DNA of 64,000 bases. Source: Phoronis australis (lineage: Eukaryota; Animalia; Phoronida). Every line of letters starts with the position of its first letter. Position 1 is the first letter of the stretch. The notes under the pieces are model-generated. The model saw only the letters and a program-made list of their open reading frames with translations, was not told where the DNA came from and searched no databases. Position numbers and translations under genes: made by a program. Shown here one piece after another: positions 25,531 through 38,015 of the stretch. Where the stretch lies: the NCBI GenBank assembly GCA_002633005.1, contig NMRA01000470.1, positions 124,001 to 188,000 on the forward strand. The letters are read 5' to 3'.

Positions 25531-26620
25531 CTGCTCCTGCCAAGTTAACCCATTGTGCTGTGAATTTTGCAATGGAGCAACCTGACTGTCTAACATTACA
25601 AGCGAAACAAAAATACACTGCACACTAAGTCGGTCTACAGAAGAGGCACGCGTGTTAACTGAGCGGGATGTTCATACATTTGATGGACACCGATATCCTT
25701 CAGTCTTATATATTTTAATAAAGTGATTAGAATTAATGGACCAGCACACTAGCCTAAAGTACGCCGAAAGTTGCACCCAGGGTCACAGCAAAAGTGTCGG
25801 CATACATTTGGTAAGTGCAATGCTTTTCATTGCGAAAATTGTTGTCAACATACATGCGTCACCAATTTCAAAAGGCACGTTTTGCATGTACGCGATATAG
25901 TAGGCAATTTCTCGGACAAAACATTCAATACGTGAGCGAAATTTTCTCCCAAATTAGTGCACAGAAATTATCCCATTATTCTTTTGGTGGAGAAGGCATG
26001 TGTGCGAATGTGGGGTGAAGTTTTCGCTAATAATTGACGTTTCGCCAAGTGTGTACCAACTTTTAGTCCTGCAGCTGAGCCTGCATTTCACCATGTTGAA
26101 CTGGCTAAAACACTGAAACTGGACTCGTAGTATTTCTTACCGGGAAAGCATTCTATTTTCGCTAGGGTCAAGAACATCGAAAATATGAGAAGGCGCTTCA
26201 CAATTTATTGGGTTTGCGAAATCTATAATTACGAATTAAAAAATGGCAAATGTACTTATTGCCTGTGAGAATCCAAGATCCGATGAACATGGTATTGTTT
26301 TGAAGACCAAATGCGCCAGAATACTCTTATGAAAGCTCAAGAGCAGCAAAATGCAACTTCAAACGTTACTTTTGCGATGTCTGGAAACCAAGAATAACTA
26401 ATGTTTTATTTAAAAATTTAACATCGTGCACTCAAATTGTTCTACAAAAAGGTGTTTTATTTGAAGCAAAAAAGCTATGGGATGAAAAGTAGACAATCTG
26501 GAGTGTGAAAGTATCAGTTTGTCTCGATTTTTGGCATGTTTTAATCACATTGATAGTGAAATTTGGTTTTGTCTTCAACTTCTCTCTTGTCACATTTCAA
26601 CCATATTAACTTAGTCTTAC

Positions 26621-26944
26621 CAACAACTTTGAGTTTGGCAGCTATCGCAGTCGACATGAAAGGGTGACGAGTGTTCCTTGCGGCGCAGACAAACACTTCA
26701 TCTTCGTGTTGGAGGACCCTAACGAATGACAAATGAAGTGCAATTGTCGTGACGCCATTAGCTTCGCTTGTGATCACATCAGAAGACGCATTGATCAGGT
26801 TGGACGAGAAGTTGGCAGTTGCCATGGGATTGACTGTTGCTACGCAGCGGATGACTGCGGTGGAGCCATTGTTAACGACCACTGTGTTACCTACGATTTC
26901 GGTTAGCGTGTCAGCTCCTTCCAGTTTCATGTCAAAGGGGCCAG
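26621..26944 (-). CDS. Ig-like domain exon 14 (membrane-proximal), phase 1-1
   Basis: Acceptor TTCGCAG|CT GGC CCC; donor GTT G|GTAAGA; 324 nt. Reads GPFDMKL..VIRCVATVNP..FVCAARN..KLKVV. Confidence 0.85.
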
Positions 26945-27104
26945 CTGCGAATAGTAACGTGCCTGAAAGTTCCTCTGTGTGCGATCTTTTACGCGGAATA
27001 AAATGTCTCGTGAGATATTACTTCATCTACGTCACTCTCGGTAGGTATACACAAAACGTACCGAGCACAGACATCACATAGAGTATTAAGATGTCTATGG
27101 TATC

Positions 27105-27210
27105 GAGCGTGGCGTACATGAAATAATATCCCACGAGACATTATTTCGCGCATCGACCTTGACCTTCGGAATAATGTCGAGTGGGATATTATTTCATGTA
27201 CGCCACTCAG
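27105..27210. mobile_element. Foldback (hairpin) core of a short non-autonomous element
   Basis: GTGGCGTACATGAAATAATATCCCACGAGACATTATT pairs with AATAATGTCGAGTGGGATATTATTTCATGTACGCCAC. A degenerate third arm lies at ~27010. Confidence 0.6.
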
Positions 27211-28699
27211 GTACGTTTTGTATTTATCCCATACGCATCGAATTTGTGAGTTTCTTTTGTTTTCTTTCGGCATTTTATAAATACTTCACCCTGTCTGTTT
27301 ACGTGGCTAATCACAACCTGTTGTATATGTACGTGCGCTTATGTTGCTAACTTGCTGTAGTAAAAGGAAGCAGTTTTAAATGTAACGGTTTATTAAATTG
27401 ATAAAAAGTGTGAAAACTACAGTTATTGTGCATTGAACTTGTATCATATTTCCAAAATAAATAAATAACAAGAAAATTTATAACACTGTAAAATCCTCAG
27501 CGGGTAGCTGCACTCATTCATGAAACTAGGTCATTGACCAGAGCGCGTAGCCTGAACGTCATCTGTTTTCACGAAGATATTAAAAGTGCTACCGTTGATG
27601 ACAGCTCCGGTGAGTATGCTTGTTGTAGAGTTGTTGCAGGTACGTTGTCGCATTTCTACGGATTCTGTAGCCTTGGTAAAAGGCTGTATACTAAATATAC
27701 GACAGTCTGTTGATACAGCTAGCTAGCTGGCTACTGATTCTGTAGCATGGATAGGTTCACGTGTTGCTGCTCGTGTAGTACTGTCGCCGATAGTATCGGG
27801 TGCTGTTATGGCCAGTGACAACAATGTTTGATATTGGCGAGGAATCGGACCTGAGTTGCAGACGATATATCATAGCAATTGAAAACTGAGACAGAACTGT
27901 CGTATAATTAACAGTACTGTTCCAGATGTTACAATTGAAACCTGGTTGCATGTTGATTGGTATACTTTTACACTGCTACAATTGTATTACTTTAAGTTAT
28001 TTTCCGAAAATTTGATGATCTAACCGGCTTACGACGTCGAGTCGACATTGACCTAGCTTTTGAACCTTCAATGTCAGAGGTCACTGTTGAAGTAGTGCGG
28101 GAGGTGAATACGGAAAACATTATTACATGGCCGCATTTCCCTCGACAGATTCAACGCGTATGGGATAAACTTGTTATTCCTTGACACACACCAAATCACG
28201 TTATGTCCAAAAATATTCTTGTACATTTGTAGTCACGTGTTTTTTTTTCTAAAAATTGTTTTTCAGATATTGTTGTAACTCCCACGATCGTGAGAGTTTG
28301 CTCAAAACTTCTTGTTTGTTCTTTCTATCAATAATTAATCGTTTCTGAGATGTTCTTTTTAGACCTGTTATCCCGGGATACTTAATACACAATGCCGAAT
28401 TAGGACAGTACAAACTTGAAAGTTACTTTGAAGTGTGCCAATCGTTCAATTTTCGAGTCGACTTTGAGTGGAAAATTGGACGCCGGGCACATGTTTCTGG
28501 CTCATTTCTGTTATTTGGATTCTTGTAAACATGTATGCTTATGAGTACTAACTTTGAAATTAGCGCTTATGTAAACAACGACATGTTGATCGACGTTTCC
28601 GTTTATTCACTATAAACCAATCTCAAGACAAAAGTTCAGGTGGCACAGGTTGAGAATAGATGATCCCTGGGGAAGGGCTTTTTGTCTAACAATCTAATA

Positions 28700-29939
28700 A
28701 CTAGAAAGATTATTGTCACGGCGTGACAATAACGGACTCTGCGCGTGCATATTACTGGAATTATGGGAAGTTACTGACAGCAACCCGTTTACCAATATGA
28801 AAAGGAATTCTTTAAAATTGTAGGAGAAATTACATATTAATTTTTTGATGACCTTCCCACTAATTGACCTCTTCCGGTGCATTATGAGCCCCAATGAGGA
28901 AGTAATTGTTAACTCCATTAAAAGTGTGGTTAATGCTAATAATCACAGATGTTTTACTTTAAGCACTTCAGAATACAAGATGAATGAAGTGGTCAAACTT
29001 TCAGAAGAAAAATGTACCTAATGACCCCATGGGTGCACCAAATGACCTGAAAATTTAGAATTCAAACTCAATCGCACTTAGTAAACAGATACGTAATTCT
29101 GAAGTCTCTAGCTCAAAATTTTAGTTTGTACTCAATGACCTTTGACCTATTTTTTCTGATTGGTTAGGCCTATTGCAAAGTAAAGTAGGGTATTCAATTG
29201 GCATGTTGACTTACACCAGTGTGCTGAAATTTAAAGAATTCCTTGAAAAACGTAAGAGATATAACATTTTGAAAGTTACATGACCTTTGCACTAATTGAC
29301 CTTATCCGGTGCATTTTAAGCATCTTGAGGAGAATTATTGCAAAGCCTATGGAAAATGTGTTTAACGCTGAGAATCACAGTTGTCTAACGGTTGACACAT
29401 CAGAATATTTGCTGATTGAAAAGGTCAAATTTTCAGAAGAAAAATGCACCTAATGACCCCATGTTTGCACTAAATGACCTGAAACTTTAGATTCCGATTT
29501 AATTTACCTGTGGCAATCAGACCTGTCAATTTGAAGTGTCTAGCTCAAAATTTTAGTTTGCACCTAATGACCTTTGACCTATTTCACCTGATTGGATGAC
29601 CCGATGACTTAGAAAAGTTATTTTTAAATTGTCATGTTGACTTATACCTGTGCACCGAATTTGAAAAAGATAGCTTTAGGAGGAGTAGCATTTTGAAAAT
29701 TATATGACCTTTGCACCAGATGACCTCTTCCGGTGCAATATGGAATATGATTATGTAACCAATCAAAATTTATATACCGTCAAATGTTATATTCTGAATT
29801 TAAAGACTGTACCTGCACCCAATTTGGAGTTATTAAGCCTCAAAGTTGGTCGGAAGAAGAATAAGAAGAATAAGAATAAGAATAAAATTGAAGAAAACCC
29901 AGGAACAACAGTACTCTGCGCTTACACGCGCAGAGTAAT
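28700..29939 (+). mobile_element. Helentron-associated (DINE-1/HINE-like) non-autonomous element
   Basis: 5' ACTAGA followed by the hairpin TTATTGTCACGGCGTGACAATAA. A ~430-bp TGACCT-rich internal tandem unit starts at ~28848, 29281 and 29706. An (AAGAAT)n microsatellite lies at ~29853-29884. The 3' hairpin TACTCTGCGC-TTACAC-GCGCAGAGTA matches the subterminal ACTCTGCGCG near the 5' end. Confidence 0.75.
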
Positions 29940-30782
29940 TAAACGTGTGACTATAGTCGATTCCGATGTGAATGGGGAGTGTGCACGGTATTAAAATGTA
30001 ACGGTTGTGTATTTACTGCAGGGGTAATATTTGTAACATGCATTGCATTATTTTTCTGTAAGCTATGGCTGTGAATATAATAAACGTATTAAAAAGAAAC
30101 TTAGTGTGTTCTGTGTTGATGGAGATTATAACCTTATGGAGAATAGCTACTACATTCTGTCGTGCTCATTGTTCAGTGTGTTCAGTGCCTCCTCCACGCC
30201 GGTTGACATTGAATGACTATGTGGAAAATTATTCTATTTTATAATGAAAGTGATGATAGTGAATTCGAAGAAGAAGTATTGGAAATGTTAATTTATCCAT
30301 ATTTTAATTTTGATATCAAATCGTTATCAAGTTCCAATGGTTAAGACTATTGTTCTTTTGGTTTGAGCTCAGTGTGTGTTTTTCGGCCAACGGGAGACGC
30401 TGCTGAAATATTATTTTCCTTTTTAACATTTTTTGTATTCTTTTGACACTTTTTCTAACTAGTTTCATAATATTCATCACTTTTCTCGTTTATTAACTTC
30501 AAATGAACAAATCCAAATCAAATTAAATTAGCATTCAGTATTTTTTCCGTGTTGTAAGTTATAAAACAATGATTTTCTGTGCCAAATTTTGCAAAATGTA
30601 ATAAAATAGGTATATTTTCTCGAAAAGTTGCAAGCTAAACCGCGGGAATTTATTAAAGTCTTGAAGTATATCACCTAATGACACTGAAACAAGCAAAATT
30701 ATATTGACTTCAAAAGTAGCTACTCTATGTCAGGGGTTCCCAGAATTGAATAGACAGTGATCTTAATTAGTGACACAACCAC

Positions 30783-31149
30783 CTGCGCACGTCCACAAAG
30801 TGCAACTTGTCAAGGACAAGCTGCGTGTCGATAAACACAGTGCTGTTGAAGGCTAAATTTTTGGATTGTTCTAAAACCGCCTCGAACCCCAAACCCCACG
30901 TCCCCCTCGAGCCACGATCCCTGGCCGACGATCCCTCGACCCAGTCTGCACAAGCTCGACTGGATTTGAACATAGAAAAAGTGCTGACTTGCAGGACCAA
31001 CGAGTCTGGTCGTGAGCTCGCCTGGCTTTTCTTTGTCTTTTTGCAATTCGGCAACTTTGAAAGCCAAAAACAGAAAACCGTAACCAAATCAAATCAAAGA
31101 TCTACCAACGTACCTTCTGACACAGCGCCACCTATACTGAAAAAGGGCC
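30783..31149 (-). pseudogene. Degenerate (pseudo) Ig exon within the Ig gene
   Basis: Acceptor TTTCCACAG|GG CCC TTT gives the same GP start as the other exons. In-frame TGA at 31096-31094. TVFC and RACA Cys motifs are present. A ~80-bp GC-rich repeat is inserted after the second Cys. The candidate donor at 30782 is phase 2, not phase 1. Confidence 0.5.
30862..30945 (-). repeat. Short GC-rich dispersed repeat (inverted relative copy at ~32010-32076)
   Basis: GGATTGTTCTAAAACCGCCTCGAACCCCAAACCCCACG is the reverse complement of CGTGGGGTGTGGGGGTCGAGGGTGTTCTAGAACAATCC at ~32040-32076. Confidence 0.7.
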
Positions 31150-32367
31150 CTGTGGAAATATGATGATCGACTCATGGAATTCCGTGTGTGGGCATCAGTG
31201 CGCATGCCTTGGTCGGAAGTGGACTTTTTACATCGCCACCACTTCCACACGCCTTTATGCTCTTACTTGTTTGGGCTTAAGGCACTGGATCGGGTTTCCT
31301 TGATTTTGTTTACTTCGATCACTGCCTGTTTTAATAAAATGCAACTATTCAAGTTATAGGTGGTCGCCATACTACGTAAGCCTACGTAACAGTAAACTGA
31401 AAGGGGTTTCCCAGGTTCCAACCAATGGGAATAAGTGAAGTTTATGACGTCGGTTTCATTACTTACAACCAATGAGAAGCCATGTTAAACAACATTGGCA
31501 GTGCTACCTGAAAGAGTGTACTACCAACTTTACAAATTTTCCCGTCCTCGGCAGAGTGTAATCGTCTCGTCTGAACTTCAGTGAATGGTACATTCGAGTT
31601 ATTTATAAGAGAGTGCGAAAAGGCTAAGAAAATGTAATTTTTTAAGTAAATACAGTTTGAAAAAACAAAATGTTAACTAAAAATCATCTCAAACTTACAT
31701 GTGGTATTGTAAACGAGTATACGACGGAAAGCAAATAATAAAAATGCGAAGTTATTTGTATTCGAGTTACATGTAACGTACCCTCTCCCTAAGTTTAGTA
31801 GAACCACGGTAAAACATGGCCATCGGTAGCCGCTCGTGGAAATAATTCCGTGACAACGATAACACGCTCAAAATTTGCTATTTCAGACCATGTTCTTAAG
31901 CTACTTTCTGTTTTAACAACTAGCCTTGAGCCAGAGCACACTCAAGTACAGGCAAGTCTTGTGTCACTCAGCGACGTAATGTATAAAAAGCGTAAATACA
32001 TCTATTGCTGTAGGTCGTGGGTCGACGGGGTTGTGGGTCGTGGGGTGTGGGGGTCGAGGGTGTTCTAGAACAATCCCTCATTTTAGCTGAGTTTAGAGTG
32101 GGAAAAACAATTTGCTTGAGCTACTAGGCTACTTAAAAGTATTCCATGCTGGAAAGTGACAGTCCATTGCAACTTTAGATGGTGTTTCAGTACTAGCCAG
32201 ACACGTGTTCTGGTAAGGTGGTAAGATTTTCGCATGGGCACACTTACAGTTTACTATTCACAAATGACCAAAACAACAAGCACCAAAATGGTTTATCGAC
32301 TTTCAAGAACCCATTTGTGAAAGTTGTGCCAAACACGATTAGAGTGAACATTATAAGGATTATATAC

Positions 32368-32724
32368 CTGTTACGTCCAGCGACATGGTTTCTGTTGCCA
32401 CCAACTCAGCATTTTTGTTATTTTTGGCCACGCAAACAAGATTGCCGCCGTGATAAAGAAATGTCACAAGCACGGACGCCGTAGCTTCGTTTTTATTTTC
32501 ATTTTTGATGGTGACCAGATCGAATGTCTTAAAGTCGGCAATATCTCCGCGACGCGACACGACATTTATGAATATATCTGAACCTTTGTTGGCCACTCCG
32601 GATGTACACGTGACGTTAAGTAGTGTGTCGTTGGTTATCACTATTGTTTCGCTGGCGTTTGGTTTGTACTCGTAACTTCCAGCGAGTGTCATGTCTACTG
32701 TCCACGGGCCGCGCGGAGCACCGT
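32368..32724 (-). CDS. Ig-like domain exon 13, phase 1-1
   Basis: Acceptor TTTACAG|AC; donor ACA G|GTATAT; 357 nt. Reads GAPRGPWTV..LNVTCTSG..LVCVAKN..SLDVT. Confidence 0.8.
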
Positions 32725-32907
32725 CTGTAAAGTATGAACTCAGTCAGAGTGACAACAGAAGTCGCAAAAATGAATGAGCTTTCGCATACAGTGCCTCAAG
32801 TCTGTCAAGTCATTTAGCCTACAAAAGAAATGTCCTTACTGTGCATGTCACCATCATGTTTTCAATTGTCAGTTTAATGGGTTTAGAAGATATTAAAATG
32901 TGTGCAC

Positions 32908-33240
32908 CTTTGACCTCGACACTTATTGACGTCCATGCTTTATTAGATTTGGCCAAGCTGTTTGTTGCGTTGCACCTTACGAAACTTAAGTCATAGTCTC
33001 GTTCCATTATTATGGTAAAAACACCTATTCGCGAGAGACCAATTTGGTCTTGACTCTTCTCATTGAATATTTCGACGTGTCCGTCTTTCTTGATCACTTC
33101 TAACGAGAACAAAACTGGCTGCAATACTTTATCTGTGATGCACCGGAAGGTAATCTTTTCGGCCAGAGTAGTTAAACATGCGTTCCCACGACCACGGCGT
33201 CCCCCAAGACAATAGAGAGCTGTTATTGCAGTCGGACCCA
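32908..33240 (-). CDS. Ig-like domain exon 12, phase 1-1
   Basis: Acceptor TTTCAG|TG GGT CCG; donor AAA G|GTGCAC (weak); 333 nt. Reads GPTAIT..ITFRCITD..VRCNATN..SVEVK. Confidence 0.8.
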
Positions 33241-33326
33241 CTGAAACGTGCAAGAAGAACTTACTGACTGCTAGTACGGCATGCATAGACGTAGCGTTGG
33301 GTTTCATGCAAGAGACTCCACATGAA

Positions 33327-34116
33327 GGTTTATAATGGGGCACTATTCTGAAAGCCCACTTCTCTGAGGGCCCACTACTCCGAAAAAACCACTACTCCGA
33401 ACGCCCACTGCTCCGAAGACCTACTACTCTTAAAAACCCATCACCACAAAATGTTTTTTTTAATTTGTTTAATTTTTTCACTCGACGTTCATAAATTTTC
33501 TCTCATTTCACGAATGGGTTAATAATTTGTTACTTAGTATCGAAATGCCCACACAAAAAAAATAAAATTTGGACTATGACGTCCAAGGACTTGTTTCTGT
33601 TCTCCGTGATGGCAAGTAGCCCCATATGTTGATAAATTTAAACCGGCTTGACATGTTTCGGTTATTAAAACACCATCTTCAGAACCAAAAACAATGGCCA
33701 CCTCGCTAGGCCCTACAAAAAGTAATGATACACAGACATAGTCAGTTACAGAGAGTGTAACAGTAGATTAGACTAACAATGACAACCTGTGGTCGGCCAG
33801 TTGTTTTTGCTTCTGCGGATGGTGTTTTAATAAACGCTGAAATATGTCAAGTGGGTTTAAAGCCATCGTTGTTTTCATCAACATGTCTCTGCTTTCTACT
33901 GTCTTTGTAATTAAAGACTATTGTATGGTGTCTTCTTCGAAGTTCGTTTGACTTAAAGAAAGTGCACCATACTAATCATGTAAAGTGGCACAAATGCGGT
34001 TCATATTTGGAGGAGGCGTGGGTTTCTTCGGGGTAATGCTTTTTTTCCTAGTGGTGGGCCTTCGGAGTAGCGGGTTTTCTCGGAGTAGTGGGCCTTCGGA
34101 ATAGTGAGCTGTAACC
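33327..34116. mobile_element. Foldback MITE with 15-bp subterminal tandem repeats
   Basis: Repeats of CCCACTACTCCGAA at ~33340-33430 are mirrored by TTCGGAGTAGTGGG at ~34050-34106. Ends are GGTT.../...TAACC. Confidence 0.7.
33645..33686 (-). ncRNA. Minimal hammerhead-ribozyme-like motif (Penelope type); degenerate inverted copy at 33809-33852 (+)
   Basis: Minus strand reads CTGAAGA-T-GGT..ACC-GAAAC-ATGT-C, i.e. the CUGANGA and GAAA core, palindromic stem III (ACATGT) and a GUC cleavage triplet. Confidence 0.45.
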
Positions 34117-34212
34117 ATTAATCTTACGTAGGACCTTACAAATATTTCTGAATATTTATTCAAATATCTGCGAAATTGTAAGACGGTTACGATTAGCTTC
34201 TGAAAAACCTAC

Positions 34213-34548
34213 CTATTACGTTCACTACAAAAGAAGCATTAACAGTTAAAAAATTGGTCTGTAAATTGGATGCCGAACAAGTGATCACAAGTCCATGCTC
34301 GGATTCACCAAGGAATACGTGACTACTTGTTCTGAATGTCCTGTTCTTCATTTCTTGTATCCTGCTTCTTGGCAACGGGTAAGACAGACCACGTGACGGT
34401 TTGTAAGCGTAGATGACCATACTGACACCGTTCTTTGCATAATCTGTCAAACACTCAATCTGCACCTCTCTATCATTATTAATGTGTATCACACTGTCGC
34501 GAATAGCGGGTCCGCCGTTCTGAGAAATAGTAACAGCTGTCGGTCCCA
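34213..34548 (-). CDS. Ig-like domain exon 11, phase 1-1
   Basis: Acceptor TTTTTCAG|TG GGA CCG; donor ATA G|GTAGGT; 336 nt. Reads GPTAVTI..IECLTD..ITCSASN..VVNVI. Confidence 0.85.
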
Positions 34549-35442
34549 CTGAAAAATGAAAGTCAATTCTTATGTTTTCGAATGCTTTTATGGTATGCAT
34601 ATTAACACCGTGGCATGTACATGTACACCATTAGGAATCCAAGATACAACAGCGTTCACAATGGAAACTTTAGGGAAACGGGGTATATTGGGACTGCGGA
34701 TAAATAAGATAAATAGGATCATTCCCAGTACACATAAACTAATGATGACTAGTCAGTTTCAACACTTTCAAAACCAAGCTAAGACGGCCGGTGATAAGAC
34801 ACGCGGCAAGAAATAAGACACATATCGAAGACTGTTTAATCTTAAGACACTTGCATCAACCATATAGCTTGCATTTTTGAAACGATAATGCAGTAGAAAT
34901 TTAATAGAAATGTATTCTTATCTTTCAGTCAGTTGAGGGAACGTTGGGCGGTACGAAAAAGCTTTTAAGCGCCATTACACCGGTGCTTTCTGTCAAAAAA
35001 CAAGTTTTGATCTAGAGCACTTAAGGTCATAATAATTACGATGGGACAGTGGTGCCAGAGTTTTGCAAAATAACGTATGCAAGACAGAAAGCCAACACGT
35101 TACTTAGGTCTTCAACAGGCCTATTGCAGCAGGCACTGTGCTTTATTTTCAGTGGCCATACTCAGGAAGTCTACTAGCCTGCTTGAGGAATTTTGCAAGT
35201 GTTTTTAAATACTTAAACTAAAAATGCTTTTGTTAGACAGTCTCTACTGAAACTGCTTTACTTCCAAAGCATTCTTATCTAATGATTTGATTAGTGAAGC
35301 ACATGGTGCTCTGGTCATCTCAATAGGTGCAATTGATCGCGCTTTCTCCTAACTTAAACATTTTGGTGCGCTACGTTTGGAAAAGAACACTGAATCGACT
35401 ACGAGATGTCCATAAGAAATATATGGATTTGAGATGTATTAC

Positions 35443-35769
35443 CTAAGACGTCTAAAGATATCGTTAGAGTAGTATTGACTCTCGGCTGCTGGGAATTTCG
35501 TGCTGAGCAAGTTACATTAGCACCTGCGTGTTTAGAGGTTATTTTGAACTGGTGGCTAGCTTTATAAGTAGCCTCGCCCAGCGGCCGCACGAGAGGCTGT
35601 GGTTGCAAAGTTCCTTCCGTCATCGATAACTCGTAACCAAATTCCACGGCTGGCGAGGTTGGGTCTGTTATACAGTGCACAGTAAAGTAACTTGTTTCGG
35701 GAACGGCGCATACCAAATGTGTACAGTTGTAATATCCCGAGTATTCGTATCTGATTGACTTTGGCCCAT
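35443..35769 (-). CDS. Ig-like domain exon 10, phase 1-1
   Basis: Acceptor AATACAG|AT GGG CCA; donor TTA G|GTAATA; 327 nt. Reads GPKSI..VHCITDPTSP..VTCSARN..SLDVL. Confidence 0.85.
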
Positions 35770-37700
35770 CTGTATTTGACAAAATAAATAATCGATATCC
35801 AATGAACGATGACCATACATGTATTCTTTCAACGTTAAACAGCCAAGGAAACATGAACCTCTTTGGGCCGTCAGGGACGAAACTATCAAGAATGTACTGA
35901 ATGGGTTCCCCTCTTGCAGCCGCAGAAGATCAAAGTCGTGCATTACATAGAGCTTTGACACCAGCATTGGTAGCGGCAGTAAGTGGCACTGACCGACTGG
36001 AGACACAACTGCTGTTCCAGGGTGCAAGTGGCTCCCATAGTGGATCAAACTTAGGCCCTCCAAAATTTTGTTTGTGACATCATTCCCAGACAACTAAATT
36101 ATTCTTACACTGGGGGCTGATCGGTGAGTCGCTTTTGATTGTAGATCGATGATGACAATTTCCAGAAAATTGTTTTAATTCGTGTCTACTTTGTGTACAA
36201 AATTCTGGGGCTTGACCTTACCTATTTCTCTATAAGCAGCTAATACGTGTAATTATAAACCGAAGTCGCGCTGTTCGACGTAGGCCTATCCCACGTTAAA
36301 TACAACAACCGAAAGTTCGGTTGTTCACAATTAATTAATAAAAACACCTCTAGTATGCAATTTGCATCTCGGTGACATACCTTGATCTCAACAAAATTCA
36401 TTTCAATTGCGGCGTGTAAGTCATTTGCAAGTTAAAAATACTTTTTCCTTTTCATTCTCCAGTTTACAACACGGGGAGTTTCGCCAATCGAAAAATATCA
36501 CTAAAATGTGAACATTTTGTATCTTTCAGCACTGCTTGTGTTTGCCTTATTATACAATGAATTGTTTCAATTTTGTAAAAAGTGGGCGGGACTTCGCAGA
36601 AACATAGTTATATGTGGCGCCCGTTGAGGGAGTAGTCATGAAGCATGAGTAAGCTGTCACGGCTGATGTATTATGTAATGGGGGTATAACAAAAATTAAA
36701 ATTATACTAAAAATTCAGTACAGTTAAAAATGTTTGGAGTTGTGTTGAATGAGCGTTAAGTGAGCTTAAGTTTCGACTGAACTAAATTTGCATTAAACGA
36801 AATTTTGACTAAAATGAAGAGGAAGGGTACTTTAAGAATCGCTGCATGAGAAACTCGAGCACAGTGAATATTCTGCAAACATGGTGTGTCGCAGCAAACG
36901 ATTTCTCTACTCTACAGTTTTTCATGAGTTAATCCATCTTCGAAAATGACATTATTTGTCATTTCATTTCGTTGTTTTTCAAAAAGTTGAATCAGACTTT
37001 TTAATCATTTTTCACTCAATCTAAGATCAGTTACTGCTGTAAGCTCGACCAACTTAAAGGCAGCGTAAAGTAAGCCAACCTTTTAGATATGTTAAATACG
37101 CGTACTTTTGTGCAGCATATCTTTATTTCGTTTTATTCCACATAACCACTAATTAAATCCTACACATTTTATGCCCCCCATATTACGTGCCCCAATCAGA
37201 AACCCCTCTCATTTTCTTGACCTATCACAATCGACTGGTTTATTGACATCATCTTTGTGACCAGCACATTACCGCACTAACCACAGCCTGAACAGCTGAT
37301 CGCCTGCCAAATATTAAGTACACTCTAGGAACGTCACCAATTAGAAACATCACCGACGTTCGGCATCAGTGTCGATTGATAACGCGATTACTAACCAAAA
37401 CAATCGTGTCAGGCAACGCACCTTTCTAACCCAACACAATGAACAACCATCGGCGGATTTAGGGGGGCCCAGCTTTCCGAAAAAACGAGAGTTCTTAACT
37501 GAAACCGTTGATGTTGTCCATCACTCTAAACATGCAATTGGTTATATGTCATGTTCATGTTTAAATAACTTTCTCTTGTCGTAATTATAAAAGCTTTCGG
37601 TTGGTGTAAAACAAGTCTTGATTTTAAGCCTAAACCTAGTTTTATATATAATTTACTAATGTCACTAAAGTTAATCCTGGACGTTTCCGGGAATACATAC

Positions 37701-38015
37701 ATGCAGCCCTGAGTTCAAACTCAGATTCCACAGGGACGATGGCAGGATCAGAATTTTTGGCTACGCACTTGACGAAGGTCTGGTCGTCATTTCTGTTGAC
37801 TACAAATTGAAGTGTAGAATTCACAGCAAACCCAGTCAGCTGTCCACTTTTCAATGCGTACACCGAAGAATCGAATGTCTTGTTAGTCAATGTCGGATGC
37901 GACCACGAAACGGAGGCATTTGGAAACATAATGTCTGACGCGCAAAGCAGCCTCACTTCGTCTCCCTCGGCAGGATAGTGTGCAGATGACGTCACAGTGA
38001 CCGTGTCAGGTCCGA
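37701..38015 (-). CDS. Ig-like domain exon 9 (C2/CD80-like), phase 1-1
   Basis: Acceptor ATTTCAG|TC GGA CCT; donor GCA T|GTATGT; 315 nt. Reads EGDEVRLLCASD.FPNASVSW..STLQF..DD..VKCVAKN. Confidence 0.9.

Noticed and set aside
31094-31096. In-frame TGA as selenocysteine or readthrough
   Set aside because: The exon also has a repeat insertion and a phase mismatch, and the TGA is not at a Cys position. Decay explains it better.
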